Assembly: GCA_913044235.1 (NCBI GenBank)
Contig: CAJWOS010000002.1
Span: 1-42,439, forward strand
DNA from: an uncultured Pseudomonadota bacterium
GTDB lineage: Bacteria > Myxococcota_A > UBA796 > UBA2385
Direction of reading: 5' to 3'
Length of the DNA stretch: 42,439 nt
The position numbers were made by a program, and so were the translations under genes. Below are positions 25,993 to 36,200 of the stretch, in pieces; position 1 is the first letter of the stretch; each line of letters opens with the position of its first letter. The notes under the pieces were generated by a model, which made no database searches, was not told the origin of the DNA, and saw nothing but the letters and a program-made list of their open reading frames with translations.

Positions 25993-27386
25993 GAAGCCCC
26001 CGGAGCGAGGCGGGCATAGTAGACCTCGTTGCTGCCCCGAACCCCCTGGTTCCAGACCACATGGAAGGCTCCATCCGGCCCGGCCACGAGGCTCGCAAGT
26101 CCGGGCTTGCCGGAGCGCAAGCTGGCGACCCTACGCGGTGCGGACCAGACACCGTTCGGCGAGCGAATTGCGTAGACCAGCTCGGCTTCTCGCCCGGAGT
26201 CCCACCCCCAGACCAGGCAGACCCGTCCGGTTTCATCGGCAGCGATCTCGGGGTCGAAGTGGAAGCCGCCGTACCCCTTCGAGGGCTCTTCAGGCGGCCC
26301 CCATCGCCCAGGCCCCCCCGTGCGGGTGTAGACATGCACGGGCTTGCCACGCACCTTGTGGAAGTAGGTGACATGGTCGATGTAGCCATCGCCACTGGGG
26401 ACGAATGCAAAGTGGGGCCGCTCGCCGGGGGTCCCGGTGGCCGTCAGGTCTTCGAGTGGACTGAAGCGCCCATTGCGTCCTTCGGCCACGTACAGCGTGG
26501 TCTCGGCACCGCCAGTTCCGATGTCAAAGCCCACGAGCATGGAGCCGTCGGGGCGACGCTCCACATTGGTGTGCCACGCATCCGCACGGCCCTCGGACAA
26601 CGCGACCGGAGTCTGCCAGGCCGAGCCGTCATACCAACGAGACCAGGCGCGAAACCGGTGTTCCATGCCGACCTGCTTGCCGATCCACACATATGCGAGC
26701 CAGTCCCCGTCACCGTTGGCCACGTGCCCGGAGCCCACTTCCTGGTCCGCAGCGCCCGAGGTCAGCGGGCTGGGTTCCGACCACCGCCCTTCGCGCCACT
26801 CCGTGAAGTAGCCCCGACTGGCCGGTCCCGGGTCTGCAAGATCGAACACCACGGCTACGCTGCCGTTGTCGCGCACCACCAGGTCTGGCCCCCAGTTGCG
26901 CCCCTTCGAGAAGCCAGGACGGGCCACCGGCCCAAACGCTTCGCTATCGGCCGACCGTGTGCGATGGACCATCAGGTCGCCCACATCTTCTCGGCTGTAA
27001 AAGAGCGCATGGATCGTGCCATCCGCTCCAACCGCGACCTGCGGTCGGTATCCGCCTCCCGCACCCTCGCTGAGTCGGACTGGCTTGGACCAGCCGCCGA
27101 CCGAGCGGATGGCCGGCCCATTGGGCGCTGGCCAGGAGTGGAACTCCGGAAAGCCCGAAGGGTCCTGCAGAGCGGCACCCGACGCGCCCGGTGGTGGCCC
27201 CTTCGGGCCCGGACCATGGGCACCGGGGCCCGATCCTCGCTGGGGTTGTGGTCCCCCAACCGATGGCTGTGCCACGACTTCAGCCGGCATCGTGGCAGGT
27301 TCGGGTGCTTCGGTCGCACCACAACCAAGCCCCAGCAGGACAGGCCAGGCACGCCACCAATTCGTTCGCCAGTCGATCGTCGGCAT
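25989..27386 (-). CDS. Hypothetical secreted lipoprotein, probable beta-propeller (BNR/sialidase-like fold)
   Basis: Internal Met at 27386 gives MPTIDWRTNWWRAWPVLLGLGC with a lipobox. Repeated D/G/W-rich blades appear (GADGTIHALFY; VRDNGSVAVVFD; GDGDWLAYVWI; RPDGSMLVGFDIG; GPDGAFHVVW). It overlaps the sulfatase-like gene start by 4 nt. The longer ORF to 27719 is rejected because of its non-coding-looking N-extension. Confidence 0.6.
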   Translation of the reverse strand: MPTIDWRTNWWRAWPVLLGLGCGATEAPEPATMPAEVVAQPSVGGPQPQRGSGPGAHGPGPKGPPPGASGAALQDPSGFPEFHSWPAPNGPAIRSVGGWSKPVRLSEGAGGGYRPQVAVGADGTIHALFYSREDVGDLMVHRTRSADSEAFGPVARPGFSKGRNWGPDLVVRDNGSVAVVFDLADPGPASRGYFTEWREGRWSEPSPLTSGAADQEVGSGHVANGDGDWLAYVWIGKQVGMEHRFRAWSRWYDGSAWQTPVALSEGRADAWHTNVERRPDGSMLVGFDIGTGGAETTLYVAEGRNGRFSPLEDLTATGTPGERPHFAFVPSGDGYIDHVTYFHKVRGKPVHVYTRTGGPGRWGPPEEPSKGYGGFHFDPEIAADETGRVCLVWGWDSGREAELVYAIRSPNGVWSAPRRVASLRSGKPGLASLVAGPDGAFHVVWNQGVRGSNEVYYARLAPGAS

Positions 27387-27474
27387 CGAGACGCCACAGG
27401 TTGGAGGAAAGAATCGCCATCGGAGCCGTACCCGAGTCCGGCAGGCTGCGGCCAAAAAAGATATCTCTCCGACG

Positions 27475-28374
27475 ATGTTTGCACTCCTTGACTCTCCACC
27501 ACCAGCGACCGTGGCCCACCACAGCCCGCGTCCGCATCCCAGATCGCCCCGCCATCCACCCTTTCGAGCAGGCGGTATCCTGGTGGCTCTCGCCATCTGG
27601 TCCGCCGTGTCGCCGCCGGTCGCACGCGCAGAGGAACCGACGGACGCGGTGCTGATCCCTGCCGGCAGCTTTACGCGTGGCAGCGCACGAGAACCGGACG
27701 CGCCCCCGCAGAAGGTCACGCTCAGCGCCTTTCAGATCGGCACCACCGAGGTCACAATCGACCAGTTCAGCGCCTTCAAGGCGGCTGGTGGCTACAGTAC
27801 GCGTCGATGGTGGTCCGCAAGCGGACGGGCATGGCTTGAGGGCCATCCCGATGGTGCCGGTGACGCCGCCCGAGCTGCGGGCCGCGACGGCTCCCACCCC
27901 GTCGTGGCAGTGACCTATTTTGAAGCGGAGGCCTACTGTGCATCGGTGGGGGCCCGACTCCCCACCGAGGCCGAGTGGGAACGCGCGGCGTGTGGTACCG
28001 ACGACCGCCGCTACCCGTGGGGCGACACCGAGTCCGAGACGGCTCGTTGGTATGCCGGCGGAAAGTTCGGCAACATCGTCCGGGTCGACACGGCACCGGC
28101 CTCCGAGCAAGCGGAGTCGCTGCGCAGCCCAGATGGCTTGCTGCATATGGCAGGCAACGTCTGGGAATGGACGGCCGATCACTACCATGCGACCAACTGG
28201 GGCGGCGCGTCCGGCCGCAACCCCAAGGCCACCCCTGACACCCCCTGGCGCTCCCTCCGTGGTGGTTCGTACATGAACCTTCCCAGCTACTGCTCTTGCC
28301 AGCATCGTGAACCGGCTCGCCCCGACCGGGTCGCCCTCACGATCGGGTTCCGGTGCGCGTGGGACCAGCCATGA
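27475..28374 (+). CDS. Formylglycine-generating enzyme-like protein (FGE/SUMF1 family), secreted
   Basis: Signal-like segment is GGILVALAIWSAVSPPVARA. The FGE fold reads ...VTYFEAEAYCASVGARLPTEAEWERAACG...HMAGNVWEWTADHY...SLRGGSYMNLPSYCSCQHREPARP...GFRCAWD, with the paired Cys (YCSC) at the position of the human FGE catalytic cysteines. The start could be an alternative GTG/TTG; 27475 is the first ATG with an N-region ahead of the hydrophobic core. Confidence 0.72.
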   Translation: MFALLDSPPPATVAHHSPRPHPRSPRHPPFRAGGILVALAIWSAVSPPVARAEEPTDAVLIPAGSFTRGSAREPDAPPQKVTLSAFQIGTTEVTIDQFSAFKAAGGYSTRRWWSASGRAWLEGHPDGAGDAARAAGRDGSHPVVAVTYFEAEAYCASVGARLPTEAEWERAACGTDDRRYPWGDTESETARWYAGGKFGNIVRVDTAPASEQAESLRSPDGLLHMAGNVWEWTADHYHATNWGGASGRNPKATPDTPWRSLRGGSYMNLPSYCSCQHREPARPDRVALTIGFRCAWDQP

Positions 28375-29633
28375 GCGTACGGCGTCCCCTCCTCCTCGCG
28401 AGCGTTGTGTTGTCAGCCGGCTGCGCATCATCGCCCCCCGTCGACCCTGTGCCGCAAAGCCCGCCGCAACCGGAGACCGCGACCGCCCCACGACCCGTTG
28501 GGAAGGTTGCGAAGGTGCCTGGCACCAAAGGCGGCGTGCGCACGGACCGCCGAGGCGCCCGAGCCACGCCCGACGCGCCCGGCCCGACCATCTACAAGCG
28601 CAACGGAATGGTCTACGTCACCGGGAGTTGGCTGATTTTTGGCCCCCGCACCCCGCCTGCGGTGCCCCTCCCTCAGTCCACAATGCCCGCACCGAACGCC
28701 TCCTCCAAGGGCGGTCCCCCAGGGCCGCCACCCATGGCTGATGGCAGCGCTGATGCCCCCCGAGCGCCCGGTCGCTCCGCAGCCGACCATGGTGCAGGCG
28801 GCGCGGCCCGTGCGGCAGGAGGACCCCCAGGGCAGACCGTTGCACGTGAGCTGGCAGGCGTGCCCGACCTACCCGTGGCCTGGGAATTCCATGGCGGCAA
28901 TGGCATTCACCATACCGATGTGTGGGTCGATGCCTTCTGGATGGACCGGACCGAGGTCACTCGAGCCGACTACAGCCGCTTCGTCGAAGACAGCGGCTAC
29001 CGTCCCCCGCATGTCTCCGAGACCTGGGCCCAAGACGGCTGGAACTGGAACGGCAGCACCCCGCCGGCAGGTACGGAAGACCACCCAGTGGTCCTGGTGA
29101 GCTGGTACGACGCTCGAGAATATTGCGCCTGGGCAGGAAAGCGTCTTCCCACTGAAGCCGAGTGGCAGCTCGCCGCCTTGGGACCTTGGGGCCAGTCCTT
29201 CGACTACCCTTGGGGCGACACGTACGCTAACACCCATCTCAATCATGGTCAGATGGCACCGCCGAACTTCGACGACTCCGATGGGTACCTCACCACCGCT
29301 CCAGTTGGGCGGTTCCCTTCCGGCGAGAGCCCCTTCGGTGCGCTCGACATGTTCGGTAACGCCTGGGAGTACACCGCCGATATGCGCGTCGACACGTGGT
29401 CGCTCATGAGCACAACCGATGCGCCCACCACCGCCCATCCCGCCGGCAAGCGGCAGGTACGCGCCCCCGAGCCAGGACTATACGTCGCCGTGCGGGGCGG
29501 GAGCTACTTCTTTGACCTCCGCCCAAACCCCGGCGGCGAACGCCACCGGTTCCTCACGGAGATTCGCCGCAAGACCTCGGGGTTCCGATGTGCTCGAACC
29601 GAATCGCCCACGGACGCAAAGGAAGCCAAATGA
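28371..29633 (+). CDS. FGE-sulfatase domain lipoprotein (second tandem paralogue)
   Basis: Start MSVRRPLLLASVVLSAGC carries a lipobox. Its ATG overlaps the upstream gene's TGA (ATGA). The N-half is Pro-rich and low-complexity. The C-half has FGE-like blocks (VSWYDAREYCAWAGKRLPTEAEWQLAALG...MFGNAWEYTADM...VRGGSYFF...GFRCA). Confidence 0.75.
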   Translation: MSVRRPLLLASVVLSAGCASSPPVDPVPQSPPQPETATAPRPVGKVAKVPGTKGGVRTDRRGARATPDAPGPTIYKRNGMVYVTGSWLIFGPRTPPAVPLPQSTMPAPNASSKGGPPGPPPMADGSADAPRAPGRSAADHGAGGAARAAGGPPGQTVARELAGVPDLPVAWEFHGGNGIHHTDVWVDAFWMDRTEVTRADYSRFVEDSGYRPPHVSETWAQDGWNWNGSTPPAGTEDHPVVLVSWYDAREYCAWAGKRLPTEAEWQLAALGPWGQSFDYPWGDTYANTHLNHGQMAPPNFDDSDGYLTTAPVGRFPSGESPFGALDMFGNAWEYTADMRVDTWSLMSTTDAPTTAHPAGKRQVRAPEPGLYVAVRGGSYFFDLRPNPGGERHRFLTEIRRKTSGFRCARTESPTDAKEAK

Positions 29634-31063
29634 CCTCCAACCCCGCGACACGACGAACAGTGGTCCAAGGTCTGCTCGCCCTTTGTGCGGTGGGATGCAA
29701 TCGGTCGGCGCCTCGCCTGGATGGCAGCGGCCGGGCACCGTCGGACCGGATGGCTGCCGAGTTCTCGTTCGATGGGAACCGGCCAGGCCTCGACCAAGGA
29801 CAGAAATCTCCTCCCCTTCCTCCCGAGCTCGAGATCTGGGACTGGGATGCCGGCGGGTTTGTTGGCGATCCAATCTGGTATGGAGAGCATGACTGGGACG
29901 GCGTCCGCATGCGTCTGATGGGACACCTCGCGTGGCTCGGCCGGGAGCGCGCCCGCCTGGTGTCGCGTCGAGGTGAGCTCGACGCCGCTCGGTCCGAGAT
30001 CGTACAGGCACAGCGGGATCTGCAGCGAGCAGCACCCCGACGTCGCAACGGAGTCGCCGCCTCCCTGCATCGCACCCTCGTGCATGCGATGGCACGCGAT
30101 GTCGCCATTTTCGACTCGCTGCGAGGCACTCCCGTTCCCATCGCCGATGATGCGGCCGCAGTCATCGGCAGTGCGATCGTGCGTCAAGATCCCTCCCGCC
30201 TGCTGGCTCGCCTTGAGTCGGCTCCCCCAGCGCTTGACATCGACGAGTTTCAGAACTTCGATGAGCGGCACAAGCTGCGGGTCAAGCAGTGGGCCGCTTG
30301 GGGAACCATTGGCGACCCCATCGGTCTTGTGCCGAACTGGGGCTACTTCAATCGACGGGTCTGGCTTCGCATCCACCGTGGTCTCGTGGACCGCAGCCAA
30401 GCCATCCAGGCAACCACTTCTCCCAAGGCCACGCTGGTCGCTCTCGCGACCACTGCACCCGAAGAAGCTGTACCGATCGAAGTCGACGACCTCGCATCGT
30501 TGCCTACGGGAGACAGCCTGATCGACACGGTTGCGGCGCCTGGCCCCCGCGCCATCGGACGGCTCTGGATGATGGGCGACGATGATGGGGCCTACATGGA
30601 CTGGCTCGCGGTGCTGGCAGAACAACTCAGCGGACTGGCCGATGCCGATCCCTCCGGCGTCGTCACCGCAATTCGCACGGCGGTCGCGGCTCTGAACCAG
30701 CACACCCACGGAAGCCGCTTCTACAACGTCAAGCAGCTCCGAAACGCCGGTGTTCGAGTCCTGGCGAGCCGTGGTCACCACGCCGAAGCCGCGAAGCTCC
30801 TTGCAGACCAGCGCCCGCTGCACAATCAGGACTGGGCCTGCCCGAATCGAGCCGGCATCCTGCGCTCACTCGAAGCACGCACCGCCATGGCCAGTGGCGA
30901 TCTCGAGTCTGCCGCCGCGGCCCTCGAGGAGGCCTCGAACCTCGCCCGCACCTTCCTCAAAAACGTCGCGCAAGCCGAGCAGACTCCCGGTCACGGACTC
31001 AAGCCCCCCGGATTCGGACCACCGCCTCCCGGCGCACGCCCTCCCCAACAAAAGCAGCGCTAA
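29630..31063 (+). CDS. Hypothetical lipoprotein (477 aa), translationally coupled to the upstream FGE genes
   Basis: Start MTSNPATRRTVVQGLLALCAVGC has a lipobox and a possible twin-arginine-like RR. Its ATG overlaps the upstream TGA (ATGA). I recognise no domain. The C-terminal third is helical and TPR-like. The tail (PPGFGPPPPGARPPQQKQR) is Pro-rich. Confidence 0.6.
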   Translation: MTSNPATRRTVVQGLLALCAVGCNRSAPRLDGSGRAPSDRMAAEFSFDGNRPGLDQGQKSPPLPPELEIWDWDAGGFVGDPIWYGEHDWDGVRMRLMGHLAWLGRERARLVSRRGELDAARSEIVQAQRDLQRAAPRRRNGVAASLHRTLVHAMARDVAIFDSLRGTPVPIADDAAAVIGSAIVRQDPSRLLARLESAPPALDIDEFQNFDERHKLRVKQWAAWGTIGDPIGLVPNWGYFNRRVWLRIHRGLVDRSQAIQATTSPKATLVALATTAPEEAVPIEVDDLASLPTGDSLIDTVAAPGPRAIGRLWMMGDDDGAYMDWLAVLAEQLSGLADADPSGVVTAIRTAVAALNQHTHGSRFYNVKQLRNAGVRVLASRGHHAEAAKLLADQRPLHNQDWACPNRAGILRSLEARTAMASGDLESAAAALEEASNLARTFLKNVAQAEQTPGHGLKPPGFGPPPPGARPPQQKQR

Positions 31064-31080
31064 CGACGGGCCAACACACC

Positions 31081-32241
31081 TCAAAAAGGGTCGCGCATCC
31101 AGACCGAGCGACGAGGAAAGACCGCCGACCATGGAGTCCCTGACCCAAGGGAAGGACCGTCGAGGATGGCCAGTTCAGCCGGCGCGACCCGGCCCGCCAA
31201 CAGCGCTGCGAGTGCTCGCGGCGTCAAGCGAGCCCCCCCTGGACCACCTTGCGTCCAGGCGCCCCTCCCCGAGGAAACCTCCAGTGTGAAGGGTCCATCC
31301 CCGTCGGGAAAGATGGGATCGGCCCAAGTCCCGTGCAGAGCCTGGTCTACCGCTGCTGGGAATCCCCACTGACCCACTGCGCCAGCGGGCTCCAGCACCC
31401 GGATGAACAACCGCTCCATCAAGTGGGGGCGTGCAGAGTCTGCCCACCACAGCGCCGGGTCGTCGGGCGCCGTGGCCAGCTCGATCGACTGTACGGTGGA
31501 CGAAAGCTGGGACAACACGCCACGGAGGGCAGTGGCTGCCGCCACACTGCCTGCCACAAAGTCGAGAACAACGGCGCTGAGTTTCGGAATCGTGCCCTGG
31601 CCACGCCACACGATGTAGCCGGTCAGTGCTCCCGAATCATCAAAAGCACCCACCCACCAGGGGCGGCCTTCGCTCTGGAGCCCCAGCGCGCGTCTCCACC
31701 GCCGGTCACTCCGCTCGAGGGCACCGTCGCGCCGGTTGAGGACCACCTGTCGATAGATGGCTTTCATGGCAGGAAGGTCTTGCGGGGTGAGGCGACGGAC
31801 CACAGCCGCTGTGGCAGTGCCCCCAACCTGTGCCGGCGACACCTTCGCCACCCAGCGCAGTCCCGCTTGCTCAAATCCCAGCGACCGATACAGCTGCGGG
31901 TTGTTCGCATAAAGCGCTGCGAGCGCTGTGCCCTGCGTACGGTGCTCGCCGAGTACCGCGCGAAGCAGGTGGAATGCCCAGCCCTGGCGACGCGACTCCG
32001 GAGCGACGGCCCCCCCCCCGATGCATGCAACTGGAACGAGCCGCCCGCCCCAGGATTGGGCCTGCCGATCGGTCAGCAAGCCCGCCATCACAGCGCCGTC
32101 GGCCACTGCCACACGGACCGAGTCGGGCAGGTGCTCCTGCACCAGGCGGTCTGCCTGATCAGGCGCCAGCCCAAAGGAGATGGTGAGCAGCTCGGCATAG
32201 GCTTCCGCCTCGTACAGCGACGGCGGACGAACCTCAGCCAC
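31081..32241 (-). CDS. GNAT N-acetyltransferase with C-terminal SCP2-like domain (Eis-like architecture)
   Basis: 386-aa protein. The GNAT core reads ...VPVACIGGGAVAPESRRQGWAFHLLRAVLGEHRTQGTALAALYANNPQLYRSLGFEQAG... A second GNAT-like region and a C-terminal sterol-carrier-like ~100 aa follow, matching the three-domain Eis layout. Confidence 0.6.
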   Translation of the reverse strand: MAEVRPPSLYEAEAYAELLTISFGLAPDQADRLVQEHLPDSVRVAVADGAVMAGLLTDRQAQSWGGRLVPVACIGGGAVAPESRRQGWAFHLLRAVLGEHRTQGTALAALYANNPQLYRSLGFEQAGLRWVAKVSPAQVGGTATAAVVRRLTPQDLPAMKAIYRQVVLNRRDGALERSDRRWRRALGLQSEGRPWWVGAFDDSGALTGYIVWRGQGTIPKLSAVVLDFVAGSVAAATALRGVLSQLSSTVQSIELATAPDDPALWWADSARPHLMERLFIRVLEPAGAVGQWGFPAAVDQALHGTWADPIFPDGDGPFTLEVSSGRGAWTQGGPGGARLTPRALAALLAGRVAPAELAILDGPSLGSGTPWSAVFPRRSVWMRDPF

Positions 32242-33097
32242 CTGGGGGCGGATCCTGCATCTCAGGTGGTGGGCCGGCCTGACCTGGCGTTGCTTCTACG
32301 GCCGGCGGCGCACCATTGGCCGGCATCCCGCCAGCCCCCGCCGCTCCATCGGTGGGGGTTGGAGGCGAGCCATCGGGCGTGTTGCCCGGCGTGGGATCCG
32401 AAGGCATCGGCTGACCCGAGCCATCCATCGCAGGCTGGTCGGGGAAGACCCCCACCTGCAATTCGATGCCCGAGGCGCCGCCTTTTACCTTGGTGGGCCC
32501 GCCCGCGGGGATGCCCATGCGCTCGTTGGAGCTCGGCTTACCATTACCGTCGGCATCGTCGACCACCTGCAGGACCACAGAGTCGTAGTCCTTCGGAATC
32601 TTCAGCTCGAAGTCTCCCGGACCGTCGTAGGACTTGGTGGTGACAAGGTGAATCTCTTCATCGACTCCCCCCTGGTCGGGGGGCGGCGGCAGCACGCGAA
32701 TCAGCACCTTGCCTGCACAGTCGGGGCAGCTCGTGGTGCCCGTGACAAGGTGTCCTCCGGTGATGCTGTCCTGCTCGTACCGGGGGTCGAGCTCAGCATC
32801 CGGCACCATTGAGCCAAAGGTTCCCGCGACGGGTACTTCCACCCCATTGGGCAGCTGGCCGCCTTCACCCACGGCACCGCCGCCGGCAGCTTGGCCCGCT
32901 TGGCCGCCTCCGCCGGCCTGACCACCGGCCTGACCACCGGCCGTGGGGTTGCTGGGCGCACCGCCCACGGCACCGCCAGCACCTCCGCCAGGCCCACCGG
33001 CCTGTTGTCCGGCGCTGGGGGACATGGTGGCTTCGTTTGTGGCGACGGGCTCTGGACAAGCCGTCAGGAAGAGGGTGAGCAAAGCGGCACGGCGCAT
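32234..33097 (-). CDS. Gly/Pro-rich hypothetical lipoprotein
   Basis: Start chosen at MRRAALLTLFLTAC (lipobox). A long GGxGG low-complexity linker (AGGQAGGQAGGGGQAGQAAGGGAVGEGG) precedes a ~120-aa folded segment and a Pro-rich C-terminus. It overlaps the GNAT start by 8 nt. Confidence 0.55.
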   Translation of the reverse strand: MRRAALLTLFLTACPEPVATNEATMSPSAGQQAGGPGGGAGGAVGGAPSNPTAGGQAGGQAGGGGQAGQAAGGGAVGEGGQLPNGVEVPVAGTFGSMVPDAELDPRYEQDSITGGHLVTGTTSCPDCAGKVLIRVLPPPPDQGGVDEEIHLVTTKSYDGPGDFELKIPKDYDSVVLQVVDDADGNGKPSSNERMGIPAGGPTKVKGGASGIELQVGVFPDQPAMDGSGQPMPSDPTPGNTPDGSPPTPTDGAAGAGGMPANGAPPAVEATPGQAGPPPEMQDPPPGG

Positions 33098-33203
33098 TGA
33101 AAAGTCTCCGGTGTTGCCCTTCGGGCTGAGCGGTGGCATCCACCTGCGTCGCACCCGATGATTCAGTACTCAATGCCGCGTTTAGCACACTTTCGCGGCT
33201 CGT

Positions 33204-36200
33204 TCACCCGCTGAGGTCCGGCGACGGCATCACATCGGTGGGCAGGTCGGCAGGATCCTCCATAAGAAGGTCCGGAATCTCCGCTTCATCGCTGTCTCTG
33301 GGAGGGCGCGAGTCGACCACCAGACTACCACCGAGCTCAAGCGCCCGGGCCTCGAGATAGGCTGCACCAACCGAGCGTGCGTGACGTGCCACCCGCTCCA
33401 AGAGCACATGCGCATCCGGCAACGGCATTCTCGCAAGCCCAGCCTCGACCGCATCCTGCAGCGACGCACGCGCATCATCGATGCGCCCCGACTCCGCCGC
33501 CCAGACCACAGACAGCAGGGCCACGAAGATCCGGACCCAGTGACTGGAATCTGCACCAACCAGCTCAAGTGCCGCCTCGTGTTCCCGGCGGGCCGCCGCA
33601 TCGTCGTGCCCCAGATGCAACATCGCAAGGTTCAGGTGTGCGACCGCAGCCGCTGGAATCCACGCTCGGCGCCGAGCGGTCCGAAGCGCCCGTGAGTAGT
33701 GCGCCGCTGCCTTTTCCCGCTCTCCCGCATGGCGTGCAATCTCACCGAGCACGTTGTGACTCTGCACCTGAAAGCGTACATCCCCAACCGTCGCTCCCAG
33801 CGCAAGAGCCGTGCGCAGGTGTCGGTCTGCCAGCTCGTACTTGCCCTCCACAAAATACAACAGTCCGCTGGCAAACGAGGCGACCGCGATGCTCCGGGTG
33901 TCTTGGCTCTGGCGTGCTGCAGCCTGCAACCTCGGCCGATCACGGCGCGCCCGCTGGGTCTGGCCTGCCGCCACAAGACACTGAATCCGGCCGGCAAGCG
34001 CCTGTACGCGTTCGTTGAGGTCTTGCTCCCGCGCCTGTCGCAACACGCGCGTGTATCGGTCCGCTGCACGGAGCGGATGCCCACGCAATCGGAACAGGGC
34101 TGCTTGCTGCTGTGCCGTCTCGATGGTCCCGGAGCGATCGCGGGTGGACTCGTACGCCGATGCAGCACGCTGGAGGAGGTCTTTCGCTTCTGGGAGATTG
34201 CCCAATCCCATGGCCGCACGGGCTGACAACAGGCTGTCCCGTGCGCGACTGCGGCGATCCATTCGCCACTCGCCTCCGCTGTCCGACAACAGCATCGCCG
34301 CCTGCTCGGGCTTACCCTGCTCGAGAAGCGCAGCCGCAATCAACTGTCGCGCTTCGACCCTGGCCATCTGGCGGTCGGCGGCGGTCGCAGCCTGCAAGGC
34401 GAGCCGACCTGCGAGCATGGCCATGTGCGGGCGACCCGAGGCGAGGTTGGAACGCGCAGCCCGCAGCAGTGGCACGACCGCATCGTTGTGGGACTCCGCT
34501 CCCAAGAGGTGACGACCAACGCTCAGATCCACATCGGCACCAGCCGACTCACCCACCGCAGCCCAGGCATCCGCCAGGTTTTGCTGCAACACCATCTGGT
34601 CCGCCTCGGCCCACGCCCGACGAACCACCGCTTCGCGGATGCAACGGGCTTCGAACACAAGGCGAAATCCGTTCTGCGAGACCAAGCCCGTTCCGAGGAG
34701 CAGGTCGAGCGCTTCCCCACTTGCGGCACGCACCACACGCGCGGGCGGCGCCTGTCCAGCCAATGCCGCGGTTGCGAGCGCCTTTGCACACCCTGAAGGA
34801 TCCTCCGTGGATGCGATCGCCCCGTCGATGCGTCGTGTGGCGAGGTCTTCGAGGGTGCGCGGGACGAACACGGCTAGGTCCGGCACATTTTCAGAATCGG
34901 CAAGCTCCATTCGACCCGCAGAACTGCGACGAACGACGCCCCGTACCGCGAGGTCACGGATCAACAGCGATGCAAAGGTGGGACTGCCACTGCACCGCCG
35001 GGCCAGCTCGGAGGCCAATTGGGGCTCCACCTGTAGTGCTTGCTCCAGAAACTCCGTCATGGCCTCGTCGTCGAGTCGGTCCATGTCAACCCGAGTCGCG
35101 CCCAGTCCAGTGAGTTCTTCGACATCGGCAGCCAGCTCGGGATCTTCCTCGAGCGCGTCCCGCGACAGCGATGCGAGTACGAGGATGGGACGGGTTCCGA
35201 CCGTCTCGTCGAGGAGCGCCCGACAAATGCCGAGTCCTTCGGCGTTGCCTCGCGCGTGATGGACGTCTTGAAGCACAAGCATGGCGCCGCCACGCCAGCT
35301 TCGCGCGTCTAGGTGCCGCAGCAAATACGCCAGCCCCAGCCCCGAGTTGAGCGGCGGCTCCTTCGGTACCCGGTAGCCACACCACCGAACCAGGGCCTCA
35401 GCCTCATCCAACACATCGCCCGCACCGGTTCCCCGATCCCGTGCAAGCCAGCGGGAAATCCGCGCGATTGCATCTTCTCGACCGTCATTCCACGGAGAGA
35501 GAAGCTCCAGGACCGCGCCCCGAAAGCCATCGTCGTCTTCCGGCGGATCGTGGTACCGCAGGGTGACCGACTCCATAAACCCACCCTCGTCGAGACGCTC
35601 GGCGTAGGCGTCGGCCATGCGCCCTTTCCCCGACCCGTCCCGTCCCACCAGCAGGATGATGCGGGTCCTTGCCTGCTCCAACACTTCGTGGGCTGCATCC
35701 CAGATCGTGCGCTGCACCTTGGGACGGGTGGGTGGAGGCGGCTCGCGCAGCGAGTAAACCCGGAGCGCATGGGACGGAGCACCGACACCGCAGTGCTTCG
35801 GCAACGCAGCAGGGAGGGCGGATGGCACGACCCGGTTCCAGTTCGGTCGAGCCTGATCCTTCGCAGCGCCCGCGGGTCGAAGGTTGGCGACTGTGGCCAG
35901 TCCACGCTGCGTCAGAGGCACAGGGAAAGTTGTGGTGGTGGTGGGGATCACCCGAGTGGTCACGGTCTTCGCTTCCGCATCAGCATCCATCGCCACACGT
36001 GCTTCTTCGAGCGCACGCCGCACATCAGCAGCCCGGTCGTAGCGCTGCCGCGGGTCGGGGTGCAGCAGGTTGCGAATGACGGCCGCGAGCTCTGGTGCAA
36101 GGTCGTCGGGAAGCGCCACCGGCGAGGGGTGGAAGCGACGCGCCGAGTCCCGCTTCAAGCGAACCGGACTCCCCCCCAACGCCAGGTTCAAGACCAGCCC

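Noticed and set aside
25989-27719. 576-aa version of the beta-propeller lipoprotein, and the 452-aa version of FGE1 from 27016
   Set aside because: The N-terminal extensions are Gly/Arg-rich with no signal peptide. The internal Mets at 27386 and 27475 are immediately followed by lipoprotein or signal sequences and restore a sensible 88-nt divergent promoter region.
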